Source: the human T2T-CHM13v2.0 reference genome, Homo sapiens
NCBI RefSeq assembly: GCF_009914755.1
Contig: NC_060931.1
Direction: 5' to 3' (one strand)
DNA length: 64,000 nucleotides
A program made the position numbers and the translations under genes. Under the pieces are notes generated by a model. The model saw only the letters and a list, made by a program, of their open reading frames with translations, did no database searches and was not told the DNA's origin. Below, in pieces: positions 44,880 to 60,800 of the stretch (within the stretch, counting starts at the first letter, position 1; every line of letters starts with the position of its first letter).

Positions 44880-46850
44880 TATTCTGTGCTCAACTCCCAG
44901 TGCCTGGCATATGGGAAATTCTCAGCAGGCGTTTGCTGAATGAAGGAATGCACCTGCCCTGTTGCTCTAGAGCCTTGGGAAACATCTGTGAAAACAACAA
45001 AAGTCGCTGCCCTCATGGAGATTACATTCTAGCAAGGGGAAGAGAGGTAATATAATAAGTAAATTATGTGGGATGCTAGGTGACGAATTCTTTGGAAAAA
45101 ATAAAATTAACACTAAGTAAGGGGCATTGAAAGTGCCAGGGATACGGTGGGGTGGAGTTGGGTTAGTGGGCCTATTTCTTTATTCAATACGAAGCTCCAA
45201 GGAGGCCTTGTTGAGAAAGTGAGGTTTGAAAAATGATATGAAAATGGCAAGGGCTCTGGCTAGACAGACATATGGGGAGGTGCATTCTAGGCAGAGGGAA
45301 CAGCTAGTGCCAAGGCTGCAAGGGTTGTGTCTGAGGAGTAAGGAGGCCTGTGAAGCTTGAGCAGAGTGAGCAGAGGGAGAGCAAAAAATAAGATTAGAGA
45401 AGTAATGAGGGGAGTCAGTCAGGCTATCTAGGACATTTCAGTCCATTGTAAAGACTTTGCCTTTCTTCCTAATCCTAAGCAGGATTTTAAGTAGAGAAAT
45501 GGCATGACCGGCTGTGGCCACTGTGCTAACAGTCAGGAAGGAGCTCAGGGTAGAAGCAGGAACCATTGGGAGGCTACTGCAGTCATTCACAAGAGAGACC
45601 ACATGGCCTGAACCAGAGTGATCATGACAGAGACAGCAAGAAGGAGTCAAAATCCATTTTGAAAGCAGAACTAGCAAGTGCAAGAGAAAGAGGAAATCAG
45701 AATGACTCCATGGCTTTGGGCTTGAAAACGAGAAGGATGGGATTACCAGCAATTGAGATGGGGAGGTAGGAGATGACACAGGCTTTTAGGAGAAGAGTAC
45801 TGGTTTAGTCTTCGACATGCTGAGTGCGAAAAGTCCATCAGATATCAGAGTGGAGATGACAAGTAGAAGATTCAGTATGTGACTTTCCATGCATACGTTG
45901 TTGGAGACCGTATGTACTAGGTGTGACCACTAAGAGTGAGACACAATGAAAAATAAAAGAACGAGGCCTTACCTAGGAGCCGTCCTACATTAAAAAGCTG
46001 GAGGAAAAGATGAGGAACCAGTGAAGGGTACAGAAGACTGACCAGTGAGATAGATGTAACACCAGGAGAGTGGAGAGTTTAGTGTCCTGGGAGTCAAGGG
46101 TAGAATGTGATAATTGTATTAAATATTGATGAGCTATGTCAAGTCCATTGAGGACTGAGGCTTGACCACTGACTTTAGCAATATGGATGTCACCAGCGCC
46201 CAGTTGTTTTGGTGGAATGGGGAGGACAACGCATCCTTGGAGTGGGTTTAAGAGAGAAACAGGAGGGGAATTGGAACTAGAGTGCACTTAGACAACATTT
46301 AAAAGTATACTGTGAAGGAGAATAAAGAAATGAGTTGGTGGCTGATAAAGGAAGCAGGGCCAATAAAACAATTTAAGATAGTACTTTTTATGCCAATTGG
46401 AATGATCCAGGGGAAAGGAGGACAAAACCCATGATGTAGGAAAGAGAGGGGCAGATTGCAGGATGACCCTGAAGGGACCAGAAAGGAGAACTGTACACAA
46501 GTGGATGGCCAGCTTTGATGGGAACGGTGGATGGTTCACTATGGTAACAGAAGGAAAGGCGGCAGGGGCAGATGCTGGTGGGTGGAGAATGGGATGGAGT
46601 CTGAGTTCTTTTTTGATTGCTACAATTTTCTCAGAGAAGTTGGAAGCTAGGTCACCAAATGGAAGTGAGGAGTTGGGGAAGACGTACTGAAAGTCTGAGG
46701 AAGAGGAGCAGCCATGAAAGAGAAACAAAGAAAATGGGAGAATGAATGGATTGGGGACATGCAGTAGAATTGCCAGGCATCATTGAAGACCCACTTAAAA
46801 AAGGTGTATCTGGATGTGTGCATGCAATTTTAAGTGAGGTCAGTCGTCAC
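44880..46850. mobile_element. Degraded L2 fragments
   Basis: L2-like purine-rich text ('gcattctaggcagagggaacagc', 'ggaggctactgcagtcattca', 'gtgtcctgggagtcaaggg'). Confidence 0.65.
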
Positions 46851-46860
46851 AGTTGTCATG

Positions 46861-47172
<312 letters not shown>

Positions 47173-48013
47173 TTGTTTTTTTTTCCTTATTCCCCCCAGC
47201 AATTTTCAGGTGCAGGAGAGGGAGAGGGTGGGATTGTGATTGGGTTTCGCCTGGTGAGCCTGAGTCCACGGGATAAGCAATAGCATGATTCTAACTGAAA
47301 TGGAGTTTGCACAGATGCTTAATGATTGTCTGTTGAATGAATAAATGATTTAAGGAAAAGCTGAAACTTTATAAAAAAGAAAAAACATGTGCATGGGAAT
47401 AATAAGTGCCATCTCAATGTCTGAGAAATTGCAGAATGAGTCAGACGATGAGGGTCTTCGTGCTGGCTGCTGTTCTGTGTGCCCTGTCAGCCTCTGCCTA
47501 TTCCTCTGTCCTCCTTCCGTGGCCTGTCTACACGTTTCTATTCATGAGGACCTTGGAGAATTAGATTGTGTCTGCCTCTATGGGCCTTGTTGAGCCTCTC
47601 TGTTTCTGTGAATGTCTTCATAATGTTTGAATAATAATTTACTGAGAAGGTTTATTTTTTTCTTACATATATTTTAAATATTTTAAATCATATACACCAG
47701 TTTTTAAAAATTCTGATTTATAAACATACATGTAACCTATTTTTACAAAATATAGAAAAATGTAGATAGATTTATAATGAAAAAGTTTACCTACAATATC
47801 ATCATTCAAAGTCAACCATGTTAAAAATTAAATATATTCTCTTCCAGTATTGGCTATTATTTACATAAATGTAATCAAAATTACATATGCACTGTATCCT
47901 TTATGCTCTTAGTATTAGTCTATTATAAATTTCTCACAAACATTCTTTTTACTGGATACATAAAATCCCATCTTCCACTTCTATAGTAACTTCGGTGTTA
48001 ATAATTTAAGGTA

Positions 48014-48303
<290 letters not shown>

Positions 48304-49565
48304 TTAAGGTAATTCTGTCATTCCGAGTGGTTTAGAGAAGGGAAGCAAACTTTCCACTCTCTTCTTCTTTCCCTATCTCCTGTGCCCACAGTGAATGCTC
48401 CACTTTAGCACTATCTGCAGTCTTCCCCATCTGTGTTCCCATGTACTTCTGCCTCTTTTTCTTCCTCTTCCCATGTCTCTTTGACTCCTGGCTCCTTTCT
48501 CTCATTTGTCTCCTATTCATTTACCATAATGTAAGTTCTGTGAGGGCATCCTTATACCCTAATGTCTGTCTTACAGTAGGTACTAAAATTTGCATGTAAG
48601 GACAATGATATGTCAACCTGGAATATCCCATTTAACTGGACTGTGGTTTATTGAAAGTTAACTTCTAATGAAATGGCCAGGGTTAGTTTCCTGCCGGGGA
48701 CTGTGGAACTCCATCTACCCAGGGAAACTCATTTTTATCTACATTCTTGCATCCATAGTCTTACAGAGAGCAAACTCTTCAGTCATAAATCTTCTACTTA
48801 GAAACCTGACCAGTAGATGCAGTATTGGTAAATTTTCAATGAGGCCATAAGAATGCATTTACAAAAAGTACAAAGTTAAGGTTGCTTGTGATGATTTTAG
48901 CTAATCAGCACAATTTTAGCAGGAAGCAGATACATCTGTCCTTTCCCTCAAACTTCATATAGCTATAAAATATTCAATTTCCTGAAGGAGTTACTCAACA
49001 CACAAACTTGGAGATTAATTTAGAGGCCAGATCCCCACAAGCATTTGTCTAGCCTTAGACTGAACAACTTCTGTTGCCGGGAGCTTGCCATGTCTAGTGG
49101 GAATGGGTCTGTTCTGTAGTTGTTGGATGGAAAAATTGTTAGCAGAGTCTTTTTTATGTTAAGATGAAAAGTGCCTCCCACAGAGTCAACAAAAAGGTTC
49201 TGGTGTGTGGAATTTTTTAAGGATGCTAAAGTATGAATAATTGGAAACTTTAGTAATTTGAGGCTTCTGTGATTTCTCTAATTCTTTGTAGTCAATCCAT
49301 TTATCCGATCCCCTTTAATGCTAACATTATTTACTTGATTTTAGTTCTGTGAAGCTTTGGCTCTTATAAATGACACATCTAACCAAGGGAATGGTTAAGC
49401 CTTAGAGCAACTTGTGGAAAGTTTTCATTCCTCAAAACAGGAATGAATAACAATGGCCTCGATATGACTAACATTATTAATGTATTTATATGGGTACATA
49501 ATTACTAGCAATATCTAGAGCATTATGAAAATGATTTGCATAGCCACTTCTTAAAATTTAGGGCA

Positions 49566-49832
<267 letters not shown>

Positions 49833-50571
49833 CTATATCTCTCAAGCCTTGAAAATAATATATTGGCTTCTTCATGATTTAATCCAGGGCTTCCTCATGA
49901 AACTTATTGCTCAATGCCACTGGAATGCAAATATTCCAACTGACCATGCTGCTCAGTTCCTTGCAATAGAATTGAATAAAAACTTGGATTAAAAGGTCAA
50001 CTTTAAAATATGCCTAATAAATTCACTGACTAAAAGCTATCCCAACAACTTTCTGCATCATTTCTCTTCATCTCATTATTCATGTAGGCTTCCCTGAATT
50101 TTAAGGAATGCAAATAAAAGAGCAGAATGTGTGGAGCACTGGGGCCTAGGACATTCTTTTCATGAATATGGAACTAAAGGTAGAGTGAAAGGTATTTCTT
50201 AAATAAATTACGTTGATATGGTGGAGAGAGTATTGATGGATGCTTATGTATTTTCTATAGCACAAAAAAGTAAAACTCATATATTATTCTAAGAATCCCT
50301 TATTTTATGTCCTTCATATATTTGGTCCCATAGCTATAATATTGGGAGCCTCATTACTTCAAAATGATTATTTTTAAAATTTCCTAACCTATGATACTAA
50401 AATTATTGGGGTTATTCAGCAAGTTGTCGTGGGACAAAGCATGGGAATTTCTATAAGGGAGAGGTGAGCAGAATGTCATATTACATAGAAAGCTTTCTCA
50501 TGCATTCTACAAATAGTTGCTGAGTAACCACGTGTTAATAAAAAAAGTGATATAAAGGTAACACTTTTGGA

Positions 50572-50915
50572 AGGAATGAGATCATGTCCTTTTCAGGGAC
50601 CTGGATGGAGCTGGAAGCCATCATCCTCAGCAAACTAACACAGGAATAGAAAACCAAACACTGCATGTTCTCTCTCATAAGTGGGAGTTAACAGTGAGAA
50701 CACATGGACACAGGGAGGGGAACATCACACACCAGGGCCTGCTGGGGGTTGGTGGGCAATGGGAGGGAGACCATTAGGGCAATTACCTAATGCATACAGG
50801 GCTTAAAGCCTAGATGACAGGTTGATGGGTGCAGCAAACCACCATGGCACATGTATACCTATGTAACAAACCTGCACGTTCTGCACGTGTATCCCAAAAC
50901 TTAAAAAAAAAAGAA
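50572..50915 (+). mobile_element. L1PA 3' end
   Basis: ORF2 end and 3' UTR 'catcctcagcaaactaacacagg...gtaacaaacctgcacgttctgcac', followed by poly-A. Confidence 0.93.
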
Positions 50916-50991
50916 TAACTATAAAATAAGAATTCTAACTCAAAAACAAACAAAAAAGAATTATTATGAAATAAAGAAGAATTCTAACTCA

Positions 50992-51810
<819 letters not shown>

Positions 51811-52152
51811 TTAGCATAGGGAATTCAGTTGCAGACAGCATAGCGTTTATTTTTTATGGTTTTAGACTCCTCAGGCTAATTTCATATGCATGTTAAAGGT
51901 TTAATTTGTAGAATAAGTAAATTTAAACACAAGTAAAATATTAGAATTGAATGCCAAGGTCTCATAGTATTTGAAAATCACATGTACTCTTGTCTGGAAT
52001 CCACCTCAACTCTTGACAGCCATGGTCATGTCTTGAACTTCCAAATCGAGAAACCACTCCAGCTACAAGATTTCTAACTGAAAATTTTCTCTTAACCTTT
52101 TACTTCTTCTATTTTTCCTGTTAAATGAGGTCAATTAAACATGCTCTTCACT

Positions 52153-52290
52153 TGCTGGGCGTGGTGGCACATGGCTGTAATCCTAGTTACTTGGGAGACT
52201 GAGGCAAGAGCATCCCTTGAGTCCAGGAGTTTGAATCCAATTGGGGCAACACAGGAAGAACCCGTATATTAAAAAAATAAAAAAATAAAT
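52153..52290 (+). mobile_element. Free Alu monomer (FLAM-like)
   Basis: Single ~130-bp monomer with an A-rich tail. Confidence 0.8.
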
Positions 52291-52596
52291 GTCTTCATAT
52301 TTACTTTGACTTTGACTCTTTTAGCTTACACTAATATTCTAAGCCTATGATGATTACTTGTCTCATGGCTTTCATGTTCCCATGAACATGCTAGCCATTT
52401 TGAGCAACTGAAAATTGCTTGGCCTTTTGATTTTCCTTTGTTACTAGCTGAATGTTTTGCCCTGGCCTTGGCCTTGGAACATCACTTTCTTCTTCAGATA
52501 TGTGAACAAGGACGGATACAACCAGATCTAACCAGACTAGGTTTAGGATATGTATCTTTCAGATTGAGGAACCCACTCAAGGGCAACATTAACATA

Positions 52597-52922
52597 CAGA
52601 GGCTTCTTGACTTATGATGTGGTTACATCCCAATAAACCCATCATAAGTTGAAAATATCATAAGGCAAAAATGCGCTTAGTACAGCTAACCTACCAAACA
52701 TCATAGCTTAGCCTAGCCTACCTTGAACATGCTCAGAACACTTACATTATCCTACAGTTGGGCAAAATCATCTAACCCCAAACCTATCATAATAAAGTTA
52801 TTTTAAAGAATTTTACATCAAAAGTCAAAATTCGAAGTAAGGTTTCTACTGAATTCTAGCTTTTACACTACTGTAAAGTTGGAAAATCCTAAGTCACACC
52901 ATTGTGAGTCAGGGACTGTCTG
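52597..52922 (+). mobile_element. MER47A-like TcMar-Tigger DNA transposon relic
   Basis: TA-flanked CAG...CTG with degenerate TIRs. Contains 'catagcttagcctagcctacctt'. Confidence 0.82.
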
Positions 52923-55467
52923 TATCTACTTTAAATCTTGGTTAGTTAGGGAACAAGGAAAGAAAAGAACAATAGTTGTCAGGGACTAGAGAAGCGGTAC
53001 AGTATGTTCCCTCAGCACGGATACAAGCAGGGACTTCGGTTACTGCACTAGTGGTGCTGCACAAGTATTACTGCTCACTTGCTACAGACAAGGCCCTACT
53101 CTAGGAATAGGACATACAGCAGATGACAGTCAAGGACCTCAAGGGGTTCATATTCTAGTAGAAGGTTCATACTGTTTAATGGTTAACAAAATTATGCCAT
53201 TCAGATAAAACTGCTCAATTCTTGCATAATTTTATTCTCATCATTTCCCATGTTTATTGTTCAAAAATACAATGGGCTATTAAATATTCACTATTCTTTA
53301 GGTTTTAAAAATATAAGGGTTATGGTATGATTTGCCATCCTACATTTATCAGTTCCTTTGACTATTAGTTAAAAACACTTTTCTACCTCTGGACTCTGTA
53401 TACATCTCAGATTTCTTGGTTCTCGGGCACCAGCTATGGGTCCATTGTGAGAAATTTCCTACTTTTCAACTGTGAGCGCTCTCGGGGCCTTGCTTACATT
53501 TTTCAAATTATCTGCAGGGATGGAATTAGTTTTTATTTGTTGTGTACAAAGTCCTTGCTTTCGGTGGTAGAATGAAATACTTAGAGAACAGTCCATGGAT
53601 CTATTTACTTCCCATGACCTGTGAAGAGGAGTGATGTTGCCAGGACCTCTTTCCTGGGTTGTACCCAGAGCTGTTTTGTGCACGCTCTGAGCCTCCAGGG
53701 ATGCCATCCCAATGGAGGCTAATTGATCAAGGCTGCCTGGAGAATTGTTTTGAGATAGATTCTGAGGCTTAGGCTGGGGATCATCAGAAAAGAAAATTAT
53801 GATTGATAAGTGAAATCTGCTGTGGGCAAGGAAGGGTAAACTTGTACTTTACATGCCAGGAATTTTCGAATCTGTATGTGACTCCCAAGAAAGGCTTGAC
53901 CTTGTAGCTTCGATTTTAATCTCCGCAGGTATAAGGATAATTCATTTTATGTTGAATAGACTGCTCTAAAGACAATTTAAATAATCTAATACCCCTGCCC
54001 ATTTCCTAAGAGAGTTGTGTTGACTGTTTTATTCCCAAATAGGATCAAATTCAACCTGCTGTCATTGGTAGATCATTCTTCTTAACACACATGTAAGAAT
54101 AAAAACTATTATTAGTTTGGTGATAAAGGCAGTGAAACAAACACCGAGAATAGGAGTAGAAAAATGTTCTGTGTGACCTTGGTTAAATTATGAGGCAAAT
54201 AAGTTGAAATATCTCCAGATACATTCTCGCTCAAATATGCCAGTTTTCAATAATTTATTGAAATCATATAAATTCTGAAACAGATTTTTAAAATACTTTA
54301 ATAATGGGATATCTTAATTATTTGATGGGAAGTATTTTTTAAAATTACACTCCTATTGTCCTAAATTTATGAAAAAAAATGAATGTTCAATGCAGAACAC
54401 TTGCATAAATACACACACTTTTTAAAAAAGGTACCTTTATGCATTTTGCTCTGCCCTTAGGCGCTCTTTTTCCAATCTAGAATATATTTCTGGATGTTTT
54501 TCAATTGACAATAAAATTACTGGAGTACACGCATGTTTTATTGTGTTTGTGTGTGTCTATGGACTGGATCACAAGGTATACCAGATGTATTTCTAGTGGG
54601 CCATGGTAAATATAGTCTGAAAGTCACCATTCTGACCATACCCCTCTCAAAATCACAGAGCCTTGGAGAAGAGAAGAACAGTTTCTTGCTGCGTACTGAC
54701 TTGGCACATACCATCAGTCGCAATCAGGCCAGATCTATGTGCTGCTTTATTTTCACAGTTCAAGTAAAGCTGTGGAAAAAGTCTGAGCAGCAGTAGTAGG
54801 CAAGGTCTGTGCCACACACGGAAGCAGAACGCAAAATGCATTCCACACACATAGAAGTGTGACACAAAAGTTTGAGCATTTACCTGTATGAATGCCCCAG
54901 TCTGTGTCCACCGCTTCTTTGCTCTGAGTGATGCTCACCCATGCCCCCCTAGTCCCAATTCCTTGAACCACACATATAACTTATTACATGTCATGGTCAT
55001 GTGTGACTCCAACCAGGTTGCAATAGCTGCAGTGATTTTCAGATTTTCCCTGCTTTCTAAAGAGAAGTGAGATCATAGCATGTTTTCACTAATCAGTGAT
55101 TTAGGTAGACAGATGACATTTGGGGGTGACAATAACTAGATTTATAAATGCTACAAATCCGACCCATAGAAATAAGAAAGTGACTGGAGTCAGAAGGTCA
55201 AGGAGCACCTGTCACTTTCCCAGCAGGGCCCAACCTGCAGTCTCTTTTATGGCTACAAGCTGGAGGTCAGGATCTGAACTGAACAGGAGTAAGAGAAGAG
55301 GGACTTCCCAGGGGGGCTCAGATAGTTCACTGGGTGTACCTGAGATCTCACTATCTGCAGACTTGTATTGTTATAAAAATAAGTGAATACTTAACTGCCA
55401 CGGTGGGATAGCACATAAAGAGAAAAACATACTTAGGTAGTTTTAAGGAATGGGAAGGGGTGAAATA

Positions 55468-55833
55468 TAGTCATCCCCTGATATCTGCAAGGACTGGTTC
55501 CAGGACAACTTCTCCAACCCCCAACCTGCAGATACCAAAATCTGTGGATGGTATACTTAAGTCCCTGATATAAAATGATGTGGTATTTGCATATAACCTA
55601 TGTACATCCTCCCGTATATGTTACATCATCTTTAGATTACTTAAAATCCCCAATACAATATAAATGCTAAGTAAACAGTTGTTGTACTGTATCGTTTAGG
55701 AAATAATGACAAGAAAAATGTCTGTCTGTGTTCAGTACAGATGCAACCATTCTTTTCTTTACAAATATTTTCAATCCATGATTGATTGACTGAATGTATG
55801 GATGTGGAACCCACTGATACAGAGGGCTGACTG
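55468..55833 (+). mobile_element. MER2-like TcMar-Tigger DNA transposon relic
   Basis: 'ggttccaggac...gcatataacctatgtacatcctcccgtata...gatacagagggctgactg' followed by TA. Confidence 0.82.
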
Positions 55834-55851
55834 TAATAAAACCAGCACCTA

Positions 55852-55928
55852 GCGCTGTATGAAAGGTTAGCACTCCCCTTGACAAGAATGGAAGAGGCCC
55901 TCGGGCCTGACAACACACATATGGTTAA
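55852..55928 (+). pseudogene. U6atac snRNA retropseudogene, 3'-truncated
   Basis: Matches the recalled U6atac sequence (…AAGGTTAGCACTCCCCTTGACAAGGATGGAAGAGGCCCTCGGGCCTGACAACAC…). TSD AAAAC(C/T)AGCACCTA at 55838 and 55927. Confidence 0.93.
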
Positions 55929-56109
55929 AACTAGCACCTAACTCCTCAGTAGCCTGGCAGGAACTGGGAATGGTGGCCTATGTTTTAAGAGAACCCCTTC
56001 TGTGGGCCCCCAATGGCTACAGCCTGATACTCAGGTGATGGTGTGAGATAAGCCTCAGTGCTTTTTTTTATCCCCTGTCCCCCAATATTTACTAAGCTTC
56101 AGGAAACTA

Positions 56110-57715
56110 TATTCTTTTTTGATAAGTATCCATTTATTAACACTGGTAACATTTTCAGGGCACACAGAACATGCATTCTTTGGTAGCAAAATTTTAAAAT
56201 CACAGATATATTTCTTTTATATATTATGAATATATTTCTAGTAAGGAATATATAACTAGTCTTCAGAAACTGAAGATGGAAACATAGCTAAGCCTCAACT
56301 TCCGGTCAAGCAGAAAGTAATGAAAAGTGCCGAAAATGCCACAGTCACATGGGCCACTGCTCCTTAAATGCCACAATCACGCGGGCCACTGCTCCTTTCA
56401 TTCTCTACAGACAACCTGAGTCTCACACTGTCATAGCACCAAGAAGAAAACAGTTACTTTCACTTTTCTTATAGCAACATAGGGATTTGTGTACATAAAA
56501 CATGTTGGACAGGTTCTCCTTCAATCATGGTTTGTATGTCAACAGTTGGTTTCATAAAACAGAGAAAGGTGGAAAGAAGATAGAAGATGGTCTCTTTACA
56601 AAAGAAAGGTGAATACATTTCGATGCACCAGGTTGTTTAGGCTAAGTCAGTAACTGTGTGTATTATCAGCCCTATGACTGCTAAGTGTCAATATTTAGAA
56701 TTTCAGTGTGGGAAAGAACCTCAGACACCATCAGTCCAACCGCTTCCATTTTACAGCTAAGGAAAAGGGTCCGGAAACTTAGGTGAATATCAGACTGGGA
56801 TGAGAACGCAGGCTTTGGAGTTAGGCTCCTTAGTATATGAAGTTCATGTATCCCCATAGACAAACTCATTTTCTGGTAATATGAATACACTTCTGGATGA
56901 ACCAACAGTTTTTCAGTCTAAGGTATGTCAGAAACGAATTCAATTTTTATGCTTAAGTTTCCTCTGCACAGCTTTCTCCATTTAGGTTGTGATGATGATG
57001 CAGACTGTTACCCCCTCTAGACTTTTGCATTCTTACTTTTGAATTTGGGGGTTAATGTGTGAGTAGGGCTCCACGAATCATCATTTATCTTTCACATCAT
57101 TTCTCTTTCCACCTATTGCTAACTACCTATTTTTAAATTTAACAATTAGGTCAATGATTCTTGATTTATTTAAGACAATACCAAAGACAGTAATAAGGTC
57201 AGAGTGACCTGGTGCACTTCTAACACCCCAATCTGAAAGGAATTTTTTTTCAGTATAAGATAATATATATCATATACAGAAAACTAATACTAAAAGGTAC
57301 TCAGAGGTAGCCCTTGTTGTTAGACATTTAAGGATGTTCTAGACTCCAAGAGGAACCTCAACAGTTTTCTCTGATTCAAATTAAAAACAATTTTCTAGGA
57401 TAAATGGAATGATTAATAATGTAAGAAGAATAATCAGTACTGAATTGTATAGTGGAATGATTCCCATTAGGTTCCAACCGAATATAATAGAGCTTATTTG
57501 CTTTCTTAGCATGTATCTTTCCCACTACTATAAAATTGAGATCTGTCATTTATAATGTTACCTGTATTATCTAAACACTAACATCTTTAAACCCAGTGGG
57601 CTTCCCCTAGAGAGGTTTAGATTCTTGCAAACCCAGGTGAATCGTTCTTGTTGAGCAATGAACTGTTGAGAAATGAGATAAGGCAGAGGCACACTTATGG
57701 ATGCCAGTCAACAGG
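56110..57715 (-). other. TPK1: TPK1 3' UTR (end position approximate)
   Basis: Follows the TPK1 stop. AATAAA on the minus strand at 57170-57165 and 56138-56133. Confidence 0.8.
56133..56138 (-). terminator. Distal TPK1 polyadenylation signal AATAAA
   Basis: Canonical hexamer about 1.6 kb after the stop codon. Confidence 0.7.
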
Positions 57716-57865
<150 letters not shown>

Positions 57866-60800
57866 CTATTTTTTTTCTTCCTCCAGTGTAGATTAACTTT
57901 GTCACTTACCAAAAAGCAAGTACACACTTTGATAAAAATATATATAAATGTGGGATAGGTGAAATATATGATGTATGGCTTTAAAATGGGTAAGTTCTAT
58001 AACTTGCTGTAAACATTCTTCCTGGAATTGGTTATTGACCATTTTGGGTTATATATCATTCTCAATATTAAATTTTATTAGAATCTTTTCTTTTTCTTTA
58101 CTAATTATAAAACCAAAACCTGTATTTGTAATGTGCTACTTACTTCCTTCCCTGGGTACAATTTTAGTTTCTCTTGATAATTCAGAATTAAAATTTAATA
58201 TGTTATTACACTCTACAGAATGTAGTTTTAGCTTCAAGTAGAAATGATATGAGACAGATAGAAAATTACCTAAAAAAATGCATGTGATTTTGGTTACTGT
58301 TTTCTCATAAAGTAAGAAAAGCCAAAGTGAATACAGCTTACATTCTGTAAAATTAATAGAAACTCAAAGGTCAAAGCCGACTTTCAAATGTGTAATCTTG
58401 AGCAAGTCACTTAAGCTCAGCCATAAAGTGAGGGCAAGAGATGATAAGATAATCCTTTAAACTACTTATCAAAGTAAAAGGCTTATGAATTAAGATTAGA
58501 ATTCATATATTTATACATTTCATAAATATATAGCTATAAATATATTTTTTATTTTCTAACAAGTTAATGCCTAAGCACAGATTGGTAACGTCAACCTCTC
58601 TTTGCTGATACAGGAGCAATTCACTTCATCAACATGACTCTAAACTCACAGCTGTCCTATAAGCATCCCTTGGTAACCAATATTATTTTCTTTACCAAAA
58701 TTCAGAGAGAAAAATGAACAAATGTTATGGAGCCCAAACTATCAGAGTCAGAAGAGGCCCCTTTTCCTTCAAACAACACCTATGAAGTTATACACACTGC
58801 TTTGGGGGAAATCAATCAATTACAATGCTCACTTCCCACTAGAGGGAGCCTCCTATCTTTCTGAGGAAATCTTGAAAAGGCAATTTAAAAATTCAGGAAC
58901 AGTACTGCAAGATAATCTATTGTCAGTATTACCAGTTCACACAGCTTATTTATTAAAACTCAAATTATTTTTCATAGTTCTTTATGTTTTTACTAGTGCA
59001 AACACAAAAGTAAAACTACACAGTAATACAGAGTGAATCTCATGTGAATATTGCCCTGATACGAACTTCAATATAGGAAGCTCTTAACTCTTGAGTCATT
59101 TGGGACTTGGGACTTCTGTGAGATGATGTTTTTGAACACTGGTGATATACACAAAAATATGTATCGATCTAGACACTGTTACATAGTTGGTAGATCAGGG
59201 TGGTGATCTTTGAGGGATTCACAGCAAAGTCAATTGAAATCTCTACCTCTCCTGAATAGTGGTCTTGCCTGGAACCTGGGTGCTTACCAAGTAGCTTACT
59301 GAGACCTATCCCAGGCCTATGGTTTCAAGGTTTTCCCAATAGCCAAGAGGGAGGCAATCAGGGAGCACTTCACACCACTTCATTGTGAAGGCAATTTAGA
59401 GTGCTTCAGCAGGCCTGCCAACTTTAAAGTGGAAACTCCCTCGTGAAGACCCATGCATGCACAACCGACTTGGATTTGACACACACATTATATGATTCGA
59501 GAAAATGGATTAAAATCCTAGTTTTTACTTAGGCCCAAAGAACAGGAGTACAAAATTGTGCTTCAAGTTTATAGCTGCATATAAATTCCTTTCTGATTTT
59601 TGAAGCCAGACTATGGATTTCAGAATTTCAGGGGTAAATACCTGGATTATACATACTGGGTTTGGAAGACACTGTTGTAGCCTAATTAATTTTCAAATGG
59701 GAAAATAATCAAAGTGGTTGTATTTGGGCATAAGAAGATGAAATTTTTTTTTGGAAGGAAATATTTCTTTGAGTTAAGCAAGGCCACTGTTAGCCATACT
59801 TGTAAATTATGTTTTTATTTTATTTTATAATATTTAAAGTTCCAACAAGACCAGTTATATAGTTACAATTAATTAAAGATAACAATTGGTTTTGATTATC
59901 TCTAACTTTATGGAAAGTACAATAAAAATGATAGAAAACTAAGATGAATAAGTTGAGAGACAAAGTCATGAATTTTAATTTACTATGTCATTACAATTAT
60001 TTTGGAATATATTTTCTTCAAGTCACAGAATCATATTTTTGGACAAAACCTTAGAAAAATAAAAAAAATTTAAGGAAAATATTTGGAATTATGATGAACT
60101 TCCTCTACCCCAAATATCTGAAGGCCAATCATGACATAAGTACATGAAACTAGTAAAGAGACAGCTGTGTACAGATAGTAGAAAAACAAATTACCTCTTC
60201 GTTTCTACCCTAGAGGATTTGTCCAACACTTTAGCTGGCTGAATTATAGAAAATCTGACTTGGATTTTTCCCCCCATTGTTTGCAGAGTAGACTACAGCC
60301 AACCGTAGTTGCTCAAAGACAACCAGTCATCAGATCAAGACCCGTTTTTAACAAAAGGCAAAAATAAAAGTTACAGATCTATGTGCAAGCTTATAAGCAA
60401 CGATATTTTGTGTGATAAACACATTAACATAGATTTTACAATTTTCATCCATTATCTCAGGCTGTTTTATTTCCCAAAGGTAAGGACGAGAATTAGCACT
60501 CCGTGTTCTATTGTTTTCAGTGACGTCCTCCCAGCTTTTCTCTAAAGCTGGAAAAACAGGGGACTACAAAGCAAGAGCTGGCAAATCGGTGGAAACCAAT
60601 TATTCAACTCTTTTCAGTTAGTGGGGCCATTTGTCCCTGGTTTCTTGCCCATCTTTCCTCCACAAGCTACATTAGTGAACTGTGGCTCCTTGGTTGGAGC
60701 TGGAAGCATGAAGGAGTACTCTGCAAGGCCTTGGATGCTTTTGGCACTGAAAAGCAACAGTGGGAGGCATTCATTCTCTGTGTACCTGCATGACTTTTCT

